From: a virus
Taxonomy: Duplodnaviria; Caudoviricetes
DNA: 57,277 nucleotides
Virus record (IMG/VR): IMGVR_UViG_3300009169_002640
Span: 1-57,277 of that record
Strand: one strand, 5' to 3'
Shown here in pieces: positions 1 through 8,096 of this stretch. Below the pieces are notes generated by a model. The model was not told the origin of the DNA, ran no database searches, and saw only the letters and a list, made by a program, of their open reading frames with translations. Made by a program: the position numbers and the translations under genes. The first letter of the stretch is position 1, and the number at the start of each line of letters is the position of its first letter.

Positions 1-249
1 CTAGGCCTCGGCCTGCACGGGGAGGACGTTCCGCCCGTCCTGGCTAACTTGCAGCCGCCCGCGGCGGCCGACCTTGGACAGGGTATCATCTTCTGCCCAG
101 TGCCATTCGTGCTTGTTACAGGCAGCCTCTAGCGCCTCCAGTGCCGACAGTTCCCTGTCCATTTTGCGGATCAGGGCGGCCTCCTCATTCACCACCTCGG
201 CCTCTCTTTCGATTGTAGATAGGCGGATACTTCCGCGTGTGCTTCTCAT
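1..249 (-). CDS. hypothetical protein
   Basis: ORF 1..291. The ATG at 249 follows a purine-rich RBS (GGAGAGAG). Confidence 0.6.
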   Translation of the reverse strand: MRSTRGSIRLSTIEREAEVVNEEAALIRKMDRELSALEALEAACNKHEWHWAEDDTLSKVGRRGRLQVSQDGRNVLPVQAEA

Positions 250-332
250 CTCTCTCCTCTCTCTCCGGCTGTGCCGGTCTGAGCTACGCACTCGGCCCCG
301 GTGCCCACCTCCGGGGTTGCCGGGAGGTTAGG

Positions 333-683
333 CTAGAAGGTGTAGTCGTAGTATTCTTGGCGGTATCCGAGAGCGTAGACCTCGCTTCGCATGGTCGTCC
401 CCGCTTCATGCCAGGTCCCGTTTTCGCGCAGAGTGATGATGGTCTTCTCCCCGTCTAGGTTCGGCCTGTACTCGTAAGACTGGCTATCGGTCATTCCTTG
501 AAATAGCGGGATTGCGGTGTCACGCTGGATCACGAGCTTTTTGCCGCTGACTACTTCTATCACAGTATAAGCTCTGCGGTCAGTCCAGCAAAGTTGAGTC
601 ACCCCCATTCCGACTTCCACCTTGGGGGTAGGCGTACCCTGCATTAGGTTGTTAAAGAAGCTCCCTGTGCGCGCTGGTCTCAT
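333..683 (-). CDS. hypothetical phage protein, first gene after the leftward promoter
   Basis: ORF 333..716. The ATG at 683 follows an AG-rich leader; the translation looks globular (VGMGVTQLCWTDRRAYTVIEV). Confidence 0.7.
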   Translation of the reverse strand: MRPARTGSFFNNLMQGTPTPKVEVGMGVTQLCWTDRRAYTVIEVVSGKKLVIQRDTAIPLFQGMTDSQSYEYRPNLDGEKTIITLRENGTWHEAGTTMRSEVYALGYRQEYYDYTF

Positions 684-733
684 TATCTCTCTTTCCTCTC
701 TCTCCGGGGCTATCACTCTAACCCGTCACAGAT

Positions 734-762
734 AATGTACCACGTTGTACCACGTCAGTCAA
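734..762 (-). promoter_or_regulatory. sigma70-like leftward promoter
   Basis: The minus strand reads TTGACT-17 nt-TACATT with an extended -10 TG; it is overlapped by the direct repeat GTACCACGT x2. Confidence 0.7.
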
Positions 763-824
763 GTGGATAAAGGTGCTTTTTTCGCAGGACGTTTGTACAG
801 GTGGCGAATCTGTGGCATAGCCTC

Positions 825-853
825 TTGACAGGCCTCCCCGCAGGTGATACTCT
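825..853 (+). promoter_or_regulatory. sigma70-like rightward promoter
   Basis: TTGACA (825-830), 17 nt spacer, TACTCT (848-853) with an extended -10 TGn. Confidence 0.65.
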
Positions 854-957
854 GCGCCACGAAGAAGTCTCTCCTCTGGTGTAGTAGAATAACATAGGCT
901 GCCCAATCGCAGAAACGTGGTGGTCAACACGATCACAAGAGACCAGGAGCCTCCGAC

Positions 958-1332
958 TTGAGCATATCCCCCACTGCCATCCGGCGCGTGACCCTCCCCG
1001 AATCAGATCCCGAACCCGAACGAGCAGACGGCATTAAGTGCCGTCTTTGCGCGTCAGCGAACCCGCGCGGGCGGCGTCGCTGCCTGGCCTGCAATGCGGA
1101 CCTTCAACCCCCCAAGCCCCGGCCCTCAACGCTGAGCCAGTTCACAGACACCGTAGCGCGGGGCGAGGACATGCCGGTGGTCAGTCACTACCTCCACCGG
1201 CATGAGTATCTGGAGGACCTGACGCCGGACCAATTCCATGCGTTGCGGCGGAAGCGGGGCCGGCGCGCGGCGGAGCAGCGGGACAAGCGGCTGCGGCAGC
1301 GGGGGACCAGGCGGGAGCGGTATGCAGACTGA
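958..1332 (+). CDS. zinc-ribbon hypothetical protein
   Basis: CRLC...CLAC motif; AGGAG RBS upstream; basic C-terminus. Confidence 0.55.
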   Translation: MSISPTAIRRVTLPESDPEPERADGIKCRLCASANPRGRRRCLACNADLQPPKPRPSTLSQFTDTVARGEDMPVVSHYLHRHEYLEDLTPDQFHALRRKRGRRAAEQRDKRLRQRGTRRERYAD

Positions 1333-1828
1333 AGGGCGGGCGATAGCGGACCTGAAGCCCCACTCCGCGAACTACCGGCGTCACCCCGAGGGACAGCTTG
1401 CAATCCTGCGGGAGAGCCTGCGCGTTCACGGGCAACAGAAGCCGGTGGTGATCACCCCCGATGGCACGATTCTCGCGGGGCATGGATTGGTGGAGGCGGC
1501 GCAGGCTGAGGGTTGGACGGAGATAACCTGCCACGTTTACGACGGGCCGTATCCCGAAGCGTTCTTAGTTGTGGACAACAGGAGCGCCGACCTCGCGGAA
1601 GACGATACTATCGCCCTCGCCTCCCTCCTCCAGTCTCTCCAGGAAGACGGGCAGTTGGAGGCGACGGGGTTTGACTCAGAGGGGCTGGCGGAACTGCTTG
1701 CGGAGATTGAGGCTGGCAATCCTGAGAACGTCACCTTCCCTGAGTATGATGAGAACCTGTCAGATTCACCAGAGGGCAAGCTGAAGCGCGCTACCTGCCC
1801 GGAATGCGGCCATGTCTTCGACCTCTAG
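1322..1828 (+). CDS. ParB/Srx N-terminal domain protein
   Basis: LKPHSANYRRH...SLRVHGQQKPVVI...ILAGHG...DNR pattern; C-terminal CPECG. Confidence 0.85.
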   Translation: MQTEGRAIADLKPHSANYRRHPEGQLAILRESLRVHGQQKPVVITPDGTILAGHGLVEAAQAEGWTEITCHVYDGPYPEAFLVVDNRSADLAEDDTIALASLLQSLQEDGQLEATGFDSEGLAELLAEIEAGNPENVTFPEYDENLSDSPEGKLKRATCPECGHVFDL

Positions 1829-2825
1829 GGACTTCACCGTTATCAGCACCTTCGCGGGCGGGGGGGGGTCTTCCCTCGGTTACAAGCTGGCTGGTGGGCG
1901 GGTACTGCTAGCGGTCGAATGGGACCCCAAGGCTGCGGCCTGCTATCAGGCGAACTTCCCAGAGACTCCCTTCTATCTCGGGGACATTGCCGCGTTGTCG
2001 GTAGAGGAATGCCTTCAACTCGCGGGGATCGCGCCGGGGGAACTCGATATGCTTGACGGGTCCCCTCCCTGCCAGGGCTTCTCGACCGCGGGCAAGCGTG
2101 AGGTTTCAGATCCCCGAAACTCCCTCTTTCGTGAATATGTTCGCCTCCTGCGCGGCCTGCAGCCCAAGGCATTTGTCATGGAGAACGTATCCGGCTTGGT
2201 CAAGGGAGCTATGCGTCCGGCCTTCCGCGAGATCATACGGGAATTGAAGGCCTCCGGCTATCAGGTGAAGTGCCGGCTCCTTGACGCGAAGTGGTTTGGG
2301 GTTCCACAGGAGCGGAAGCGGCTGATCTGGATTGGAGCGCGGGAAGACCTGGGGCTTGTGCCGGAGCATCCGAAGGCACAGGCTAGGCCGGTGACGGTAA
2401 GGGAGGCCCTCGCGGGATGTGAGATCGGACCCGTCCCTCTATTCAACGACAAGTATGCGAGGTTGTGGCCTCGCGTAAGACCGGGACAGAGGGCGGATGC
2501 TGTACTGGGTAACGCGGGGTTCAATGGATGCGTCAAACTGAATCCAGACCGTCCGAGTAAGACTATCCCGAAGGTACAAACCGGACGCGGATTCGGTACT
2601 ATATGTCATTGGGCGGTCCCTCGGGCCATTTCCATCCCGGAGGCCAAGCGACTGCATTCATTCCCGGATGACTTCATAGTGACGGGAACCTATCAAGAGC
2701 AATGGGCGTGGATCGGCAACTCCGTCCCTCCCCTCCTCTCCAAGGCTATAGCTGAGGCAGTCTATGATTCGGTGATAGTACCGGCGCGGGAGAAGCTGAC
2801 CGGGCAGGAGGCCGTCCGTGTCTGA
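1812..2825 (+). CDS. C5 cytosine DNA methyltransferase
   Basis: Motif I FAGGGG, catalytic GSPPCQGFS, ENV, PQERKR and motif X GNSVPP. Confidence 0.95.
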   Translation: MSSTSRDFTVISTFAGGGGSSLGYKLAGGRVLLAVEWDPKAAACYQANFPETPFYLGDIAALSVEECLQLAGIAPGELDMLDGSPPCQGFSTAGKREVSDPRNSLFREYVRLLRGLQPKAFVMENVSGLVKGAMRPAFREIIRELKASGYQVKCRLLDAKWFGVPQERKRLIWIGAREDLGLVPEHPKAQARPVTVREALAGCEIGPVPLFNDKYARLWPRVRPGQRADAVLGNAGFNGCVKLNPDRPSKTIPKVQTGRGFGTICHWAVPRAISIPEAKRLHSFPDDFIVTGTYQEQWAWIGNSVPPLLSKAIAEAVYDSVIVPAREKLTGQEAVRV

Positions 2826-2928
2826 GAACCCCACCCTCCTGAAACACAAGACAAGGCGCGACTCACCCTGTAGGCCAGGCCCCCGGGGAGTGTATCTGGG
2901 GCGAGAAGGCAGAAGAGGAAGCTGGTAA

Positions 2929-3729
2929 ATGGCTGACGATCGCGAGAGAAAGCCGTGGGAGAGGCGTCGGGAGGAGTCCTTCCGCGCCTATGCAGCCTTC
3001 TGCGTCTATCGGAACCTCGGCGCAGATCGGAGCTTGACGCTTGCAGTGCGTCAGTACCTCACGCTCAGTACCCCCAATGCCCGCGCAACCAAGGCACAAT
3101 CTGAGCGCGCTCGCTATCTGACTCACCCGACTCCCGGCAAGTATCTGCGAAACGTCAGACGCAGGTGGGGTGATTGGAGCCGAAAACATGCCTGGGTGGC
3201 CCGCGCCGAGGCCTACGACGCCTGGATACTCGCCGAATCCGACCGGCGCTCTGCCGAGGCTGCAATCGCCGAAGCAGACCGCCAGACTGCCGAGAACATC
3301 CGCCGCCAGGCCCTGCGCTTGACCCATGCGCGCAACCTCCAGGATTCAGCCGAGCAGGCGCGGGAGCTCGCCCTGCCGGTGGCGATGATCAGACTCAAGA
3401 CGGCGCAAGCGGAATTGCTGGAGATGCAGAAGAGGAACGCCCCCCCCTCTGAACTCGCGAAGGCCGCGAAGCAGGCGTCAGAGGATGCTATCAGCATCCT
3501 GCATTGGGTGGTCAAGGCGCTTCCGGCTGGGCAGAAAGCCGAACTCCTGAACCTGGGTGAGGTCACGGACCGGCAGGCCCACCAGGTGGAGGGCAAGGGG
3601 CTGACGGAGCAGATTGTCGCGGCGCTGGAGCAGGCCCTGGGGGAGAGAGATGTTGACCTGCCCACCCTAGGGGTCCTGCGGGAGCGGCTGCTGTCGGGAA
3701 TCAATGGCAACGGCAACGGAGGGGGTTGA
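2929..3729 (+). CDS. probable terminase small subunit
   Basis: Directly upstream of the large terminase; PWERRREES..AYAAF..YR.LG..RSL N-terminus and W..RAEAYD. Confidence 0.7.
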   Translation: MADDRERKPWERRREESFRAYAAFCVYRNLGADRSLTLAVRQYLTLSTPNARATKAQSERARYLTHPTPGKYLRNVRRRWGDWSRKHAWVARAEAYDAWILAESDRRSAEAAIAEADRQTAENIRRQALRLTHARNLQDSAEQARELALPVAMIRLKTAQAELLEMQKRNAPPSELAKAAKQASEDAISILHWVVKALPAGQKAELLNLGEVTDRQAHQVEGKGLTEQIVAALEQALGERDVDLPTLGVLRERLLSGINGNGNGGG

Positions 3730-3745
3730 GCCGCGGGAGGCGGAC

Positions 3746-5209
3746 ATGCAGGGACTTCCTGCGGCACTCACAGAGGAGGCGGTGTGCGGTGGATTCGACC
3801 AGTTTAAGGCGCGGCACTTCCGCCGCCTCTACCGGAATTGCCTAGTCGAGTTCGCCTTCGACTGCGTCTCCTGGGGGGAGGGGGAGGGGCCAACTCCCTA
3901 TCAGGAGGAGATACTCGCGACCATCCCGGCAAGGCCCCGGATCGCAGTGCGTGGGCCGCACGGTTTGGGTAAGACCGCCCTCGCCGCCCTGGTTGTGCTG
4001 CACTTCGGGCTGACGCGGGACGGCGAGGACTGGAAATGCCCGACTACCGCGTCCGCTTGGCGGCAACTAACACACTATCTCTGGCCGGAAATCCATAAGT
4101 GGTGTCGCCGCCTGCGCTGGGAGAAGGTCGGGAGGGACTCGTTTCGGGATGGCCAGGACCTGCTGCAGTTAAGCCTGAAGCTGGGCACGGGGGAGGCTTT
4201 CGCGATGGCCTCCGACCAGCCGAGCCTGCTTGAGGGGGCGCACGCAGACAGCCTGTACTACCTGTTCGACGAGGCGAAGAGCATTCCAGCGCCGATCTGG
4301 GATGCCGCCGAAGGGGCCTTCGCCTCCGGGAATTGCCAGGCCCTCGCGGTCAGTACGCCGGGGGAGCCGGTAGGCCGATTCTACGAGATTCACGCGCGGC
4401 GGCCTGGCTTTGAGGACTGGTGGGTTCGACACGTCACGCTGGAGGAGTGTATCGCCGCAGGACGGGTGTCCCGCGAGTGGGCGGAGCAGCGCAAGCGGCA
4501 GTGGGGTGAGGACTCGGCAGCCTATCAGAACCGCGTTCTGGGCGAGTTTGCCTCCAGCGAAGAGGACGGGGTCATCCCCCTCTCCTGGGTGGAATTGGCG
4601 AATGAGCGGTGGCGGTCCCTGGAGGAGTCCGGGGCCTGGGAGGAATTCAAGTGCGCCGGCGTAGACGTGGCGCGCTCCGGGCAGGACAGGACGGTGTTCG
4701 CCCTGCGGCACGGCTATGCGGTTCGCGAACTACGCCGCTACACGCGCCAGGACACGATGCAGACGACCGGGCTGGTAAGTGGCCTGCTGGCGGCCCATGG
4801 CGGCGGGGCCGTGGTAGACGTGATCGGCATCGGCGCCGGGGTAGTAGACCGGCTTCAGGAGCAGGGCCTGACGGTAACCCCGTTCAATGCTTCGGAGCGG
4901 ACTGACGCAAAGGACCATTCGGGAGAGTTGGGCTTCGTAAACAAGCGCAGCGCGGCCTGGTGGGCCCTGCGGGAACTACTGGACCCGGCCTCCGGTGAGC
5001 CGATAGCCCTGCCTCCCGATGACCTGCTCACCGGCGACCTCACCGCCCCAAAGTGGCGCGTGATGTCTGGCGGCAAGATTCAGGTCGAGTCCAAAGACGA
5101 GATCCGCAAGCGAATCGGGCGCAGCACGGATGACGGAGATGCAGTGGTAATGGCTTTCTGGGAAGAGCGAACCCCGGATTATGCCAGCGCCTATACCGTG
5201 ATGTTCTGA
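3746..5209 (+). CDS. terL: terminase large subunit
   Basis: Walker A GPHGLGKT, Walker B YLFDEA, nuclease motifs GVDVARSGQD and STDDGDA; GGAGG RBS before ATG 3746 (alternative start 3704). Confidence 0.92.
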   Translation: MQGLPAALTEEAVCGGFDQFKARHFRRLYRNCLVEFAFDCVSWGEGEGPTPYQEEILATIPARPRIAVRGPHGLGKTALAALVVLHFGLTRDGEDWKCPTTASAWRQLTHYLWPEIHKWCRRLRWEKVGRDSFRDGQDLLQLSLKLGTGEAFAMASDQPSLLEGAHADSLYYLFDEAKSIPAPIWDAAEGAFASGNCQALAVSTPGEPVGRFYEIHARRPGFEDWWVRHVTLEECIAAGRVSREWAEQRKRQWGEDSAAYQNRVLGEFASSEEDGVIPLSWVELANERWRSLEESGAWEEFKCAGVDVARSGQDRTVFALRHGYAVRELRRYTRQDTMQTTGLVSGLLAAHGGGAVVDVIGIGAGVVDRLQEQGLTVTPFNASERTDAKDHSGELGFVNKRSAAWWALRELLDPASGEPIALPPDDLLTGDLTAPKWRVMSGGKIQVESKDEIRKRIGRSTDDGDAVVMAFWEERTPDYASAYTVMF

Positions 5210-5234
5210 ACTCACCGGGCCGAGAGGGCCGATC

Positions 5235-6800
5235 ATGCCAGGCTTAAAAGACACCATCGGCGGAAAGCTGGCGCGCTTCCTGGCGCGCTACCAGGATACG
5301 GCCCCGACTGCCCCGGCACGTCCGGGATTTGACGAGGCGGGGCTGGTGAATGTCGACCCGATGGCCGCGCAGGTTGACCGCTGGCGGGTAGCGCAGACGC
5401 GGGCGAAGCGACATGCCCTCCGCGACCGAATGGACGAGGAGGACGGCGTAGTCTCCAAGGCCTTGGACGTGCTCGCGGACGTGGCGACAGCCCCAGACGA
5501 CGAGGGCGATTCGGGCGAATCATTCTCCCTTGACTGTGAGGACGAGCGCGCGCTTGCCGAGGCGGAGCTACTGGTGGAGGCCCTGCATCTCCAGGACCGA
5601 TCCTGGGAGATCGCGCGCCGGATCGCGAAGTACGGCAATGACTGCTTCGAGCCGGTGCTGGATGCTGCGGGAACGCGGGTCATGCGCTACAAGCTGTTGC
5701 CCGAGGAGCAGATTTGGAGGCGGCTTGACGAGTTCGGGAACCCGCTGGACCCGCCCTGGGAACAGCGGTCGGCCTGGCAGAGTGAAGGCGCGGGGATTGG
5801 GCTGCGCGAGTGGCAGGTAGTACACTATGCCCACCGCGCGGACGAGCGGGCGATTTACGGGCGCGGGATACTCGACTGCGAGCGGGACTGGCAGCGCCTC
5901 CAAGACATTGAAGATTCGATGGTCAGTGCGCGCCTCCTGCGCGGCTATGATCGCAACGTCCATTACATCCCGGTCTCGGAGAGCGCGTGGCAGGCGGAAA
6001 TTCAGAAGGCGATCGAGGACTACAAGCGGGCCTGGCGGAAGCGCAGGGTGCTGAGCGCAGAGGATGGGGTGACGCAGCGCGACAACCCCGGCAGCGTCCA
6101 CCAGGACGCCTTTGTGCCGGTCCCCATCGGAATGGAAGTGGCGAAGCTCGGAATCGAGAACATCAGTCCCCAGAACGTACAACTCCAGAACATCCGCGAC
6201 GTGGAGTATCTGCGGGCGCGGGTGTTGGCGCGCCTAGGGGTGCCGATGCGCTACCTGAACATGGGCGGCGGGGAGGCCGTCCGGGCGGCCCTGGGCGAGG
6301 GCGGAATCAGCCAGGAGGATATTCAGTTTGCGCGCACGGTGCGACAGATTCAGAAGGTGCTGCGGGAGGGGCATAGCCGGCCACTCAGCCTGCACCTGAT
6401 TCTGCGCGGCTACAACCCAATCGAGAAGCCGGTAGCGCTCAAATTCCCGGTGATCAGCACGGCCGACGCGTCGCGCAATGCAGACGTAGATCTGAAGCGC
6501 GCGCAGGCCCTCCAGATTGTCAGCCAACTTCTCTCCCTGCCCGCCGAGATGGTGGTAGACCACTACATGCGCCTCTCCGCGCAGGAGAAGGAGCGGTGGT
6601 TTGGGGAGCAGATGGAGAAGCTCCAGGCCGCGGTGACCGTCAAGGCGGCCGCGCTACCTGCGCCCGAGAACCTGGAGCGAATTGCGGCAAGCGTGCTAGT
6701 GATGGCACAGGAGCATCTGCATGGCAATGGCAACAGCCGCGCGGGAGTCGCTGGAGCGGACCTGCGCGACCTGCACGCATACCCTGCACCTACTCGCTGA
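5235..6800 (+). CDS. portal protein, T4 gp20-like
   Basis: IEDSMVSARLLR...NVHYIPV, IRDVEYLRARVLARLGVP and ISQEDIQFARTV resemble T4-family portal motifs; follows terL. Confidence 0.85.
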   Translation: MPGLKDTIGGKLARFLARYQDTAPTAPARPGFDEAGLVNVDPMAAQVDRWRVAQTRAKRHALRDRMDEEDGVVSKALDVLADVATAPDDEGDSGESFSLDCEDERALAEAELLVEALHLQDRSWEIARRIAKYGNDCFEPVLDAAGTRVMRYKLLPEEQIWRRLDEFGNPLDPPWEQRSAWQSEGAGIGLREWQVVHYAHRADERAIYGRGILDCERDWQRLQDIEDSMVSARLLRGYDRNVHYIPVSESAWQAEIQKAIEDYKRAWRKRRVLSAEDGVTQRDNPGSVHQDAFVPVPIGMEVAKLGIENISPQNVQLQNIRDVEYLRARVLARLGVPMRYLNMGGGEAVRAALGEGGISQEDIQFARTVRQIQKVLREGHSRPLSLHLILRGYNPIEKPVALKFPVISTADASRNADVDLKRAQALQIVSQLLSLPAEMVVDHYMRLSAQEKERWFGEQMEKLQAAVTVKAAALPAPENLERIAASVLVMAQEHLHGNGNSRAGVAGADLRDLHAYPAPTR

Positions 6801-7812
6801 GGCGCGGTTACCCGAGGCGGGGCCGCGGCGCAAGCTACAGGCCCTGGTCGCCTCGGTGGCCGGAGAGTGGGAGCGTCGCTTCTGGGCGCGGTGGCAGCAG
6901 CCCTCCCGGTCGGCGTTGCCCGCGCTCTGTCTCGACGCCTTCGAGCAGGACCTGGAACTAGAACGGTTGCGCACGGAGTGGCGACGGATCGTCCGCGCGG
7001 AGGCTCCCTTCCGCGGGGTGCGGGCGGAGTGGCGGGATCGCATTGCGGGGCTGAAGTCTTTGTCCGAGTTGGAGAGGCAGGCCTTGGCCGCGCGCTTGCG
7101 GGGCCGGGGGATGCTGGAGGCGGCGATGGGGCCGGGCAGCGGCGACCCCGGTTCCCTGGAGGTATTGCTGCAAGCGGTGGAGTTGCCGGAGGGCCTGAAC
7201 GGGAGGTTTCGAGAGGGGTTTGCCGAGGCCTTCGCGGAGGCAATGAGGAACGGGGCAGTCAACACCGTCGCGCAGCTAGGCCTGGGGCAGGAGTGGCTGC
7301 TAAAAGACCCCCGCGCGCTGGAGAGCCTGCGAGAATACGCTGGGTGGTACGGGGACAGAATCACGAAGCTGCTTCCGGTAGCCTGGCAGGAGGATCTGAA
7401 GCAGGAGGTCATCGCGGGGATGGACGGGGGGGAGTCGGCGCAGGAGATGACAGCGCGGCTGACCGCGCGCTTCGAGGGATTGAAGGGATGGGAGGCAGAG
7501 CGGATCGCCCGGACGGAGAGTGTGCGGGCGCGGGTCGAAGGGCGCATGGGCGTCTACCGGGTCGCCCTGGTGCAGCGGGTAGAGTGGATCACCGCGGACG
7601 CGCCCTGCCCGATTTGCAGCCCTCGTAGTGGGAGGGTGTATGACCTGGAGTCGGCCCCGCCGATCCCTGCTCACCCACACTGCGAATGCGATTACGCCGC
7701 GGCCTCCGAGGACCTGGACCGCCTTCGCCGCGAGGCCTTAGCAGGAACCGGGCCGATAGTACCGTGGCCGATAGACTTGCCCGCGCGGTATGCGCAAGGA
7801 GGCATAGCATGA
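6721..7812 (+). CDS. head morphogenesis protein (SPP1 gp7 / Mu gpF-like)
   Basis: AERIARTE...EWIT...CPICSP...IPAHPHCEC signature. Confidence 0.88.
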   Translation: MAMATAARESLERTCATCTHTLHLLAEARLPEAGPRRKLQALVASVAGEWERRFWARWQQPSRSALPALCLDAFEQDLELERLRTEWRRIVRAEAPFRGVRAEWRDRIAGLKSLSELERQALAARLRGRGMLEAAMGPGSGDPGSLEVLLQAVELPEGLNGRFREGFAEAFAEAMRNGAVNTVAQLGLGQEWLLKDPRALESLREYAGWYGDRITKLLPVAWQEDLKQEVIAGMDGGESAQEMTARLTARFEGLKGWEAERIARTESVRARVEGRMGVYRVALVQRVEWITADAPCPICSPRSGRVYDLESAPPIPAHPHCECDYAAASEDLDRLRREALAGTGPIVPWPIDLPARYAQGGIA

Positions 7813-8003
7813 ACCCCTGGGAGATGGCAGAACTGGCCGCGCGGTTGCTGGCCCAACGCCTGGGCGGGACCGCGTGCGTAGACGTGCTGGCAGCCGTGCA
7901 GGACGAGGAAAGCTGCACCTTTTCGCTGCGGGTGCGCGCGGTAGAAGCGCAGATGCTGATTGAGGGAGTACAGGCGCCGGCCGGGTCGGCGCCACAAGCG
8001 TAA
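7809..8003 (+). CDS. small hypothetical protein
   Basis: ATGA overlap with the previous gene; AGGAGG RBS. Confidence 0.55.
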   Translation: MNPWEMAELAARLLAQRLGGTACVDVLAAVQDEESCTFSLRVRAVEAQMLIEGVQAPAGSAPQA

Positions 8004-8096
8004 GTTCTCACCCCATAGCACGCCTCACGGCACGGCCTCTCGCCGTGCCGTTGTCTTGGCCGGGCACCGGGCAGCCCGTACTCATGGAGCACGGCC

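Noticed and set aside
8027-8051. Hairpin ACGGCACGGC/GCCGTGCCGT upstream of the capsid gene
   Set aside because: A real stem, but with no U-tract or other evidence to assign a role.
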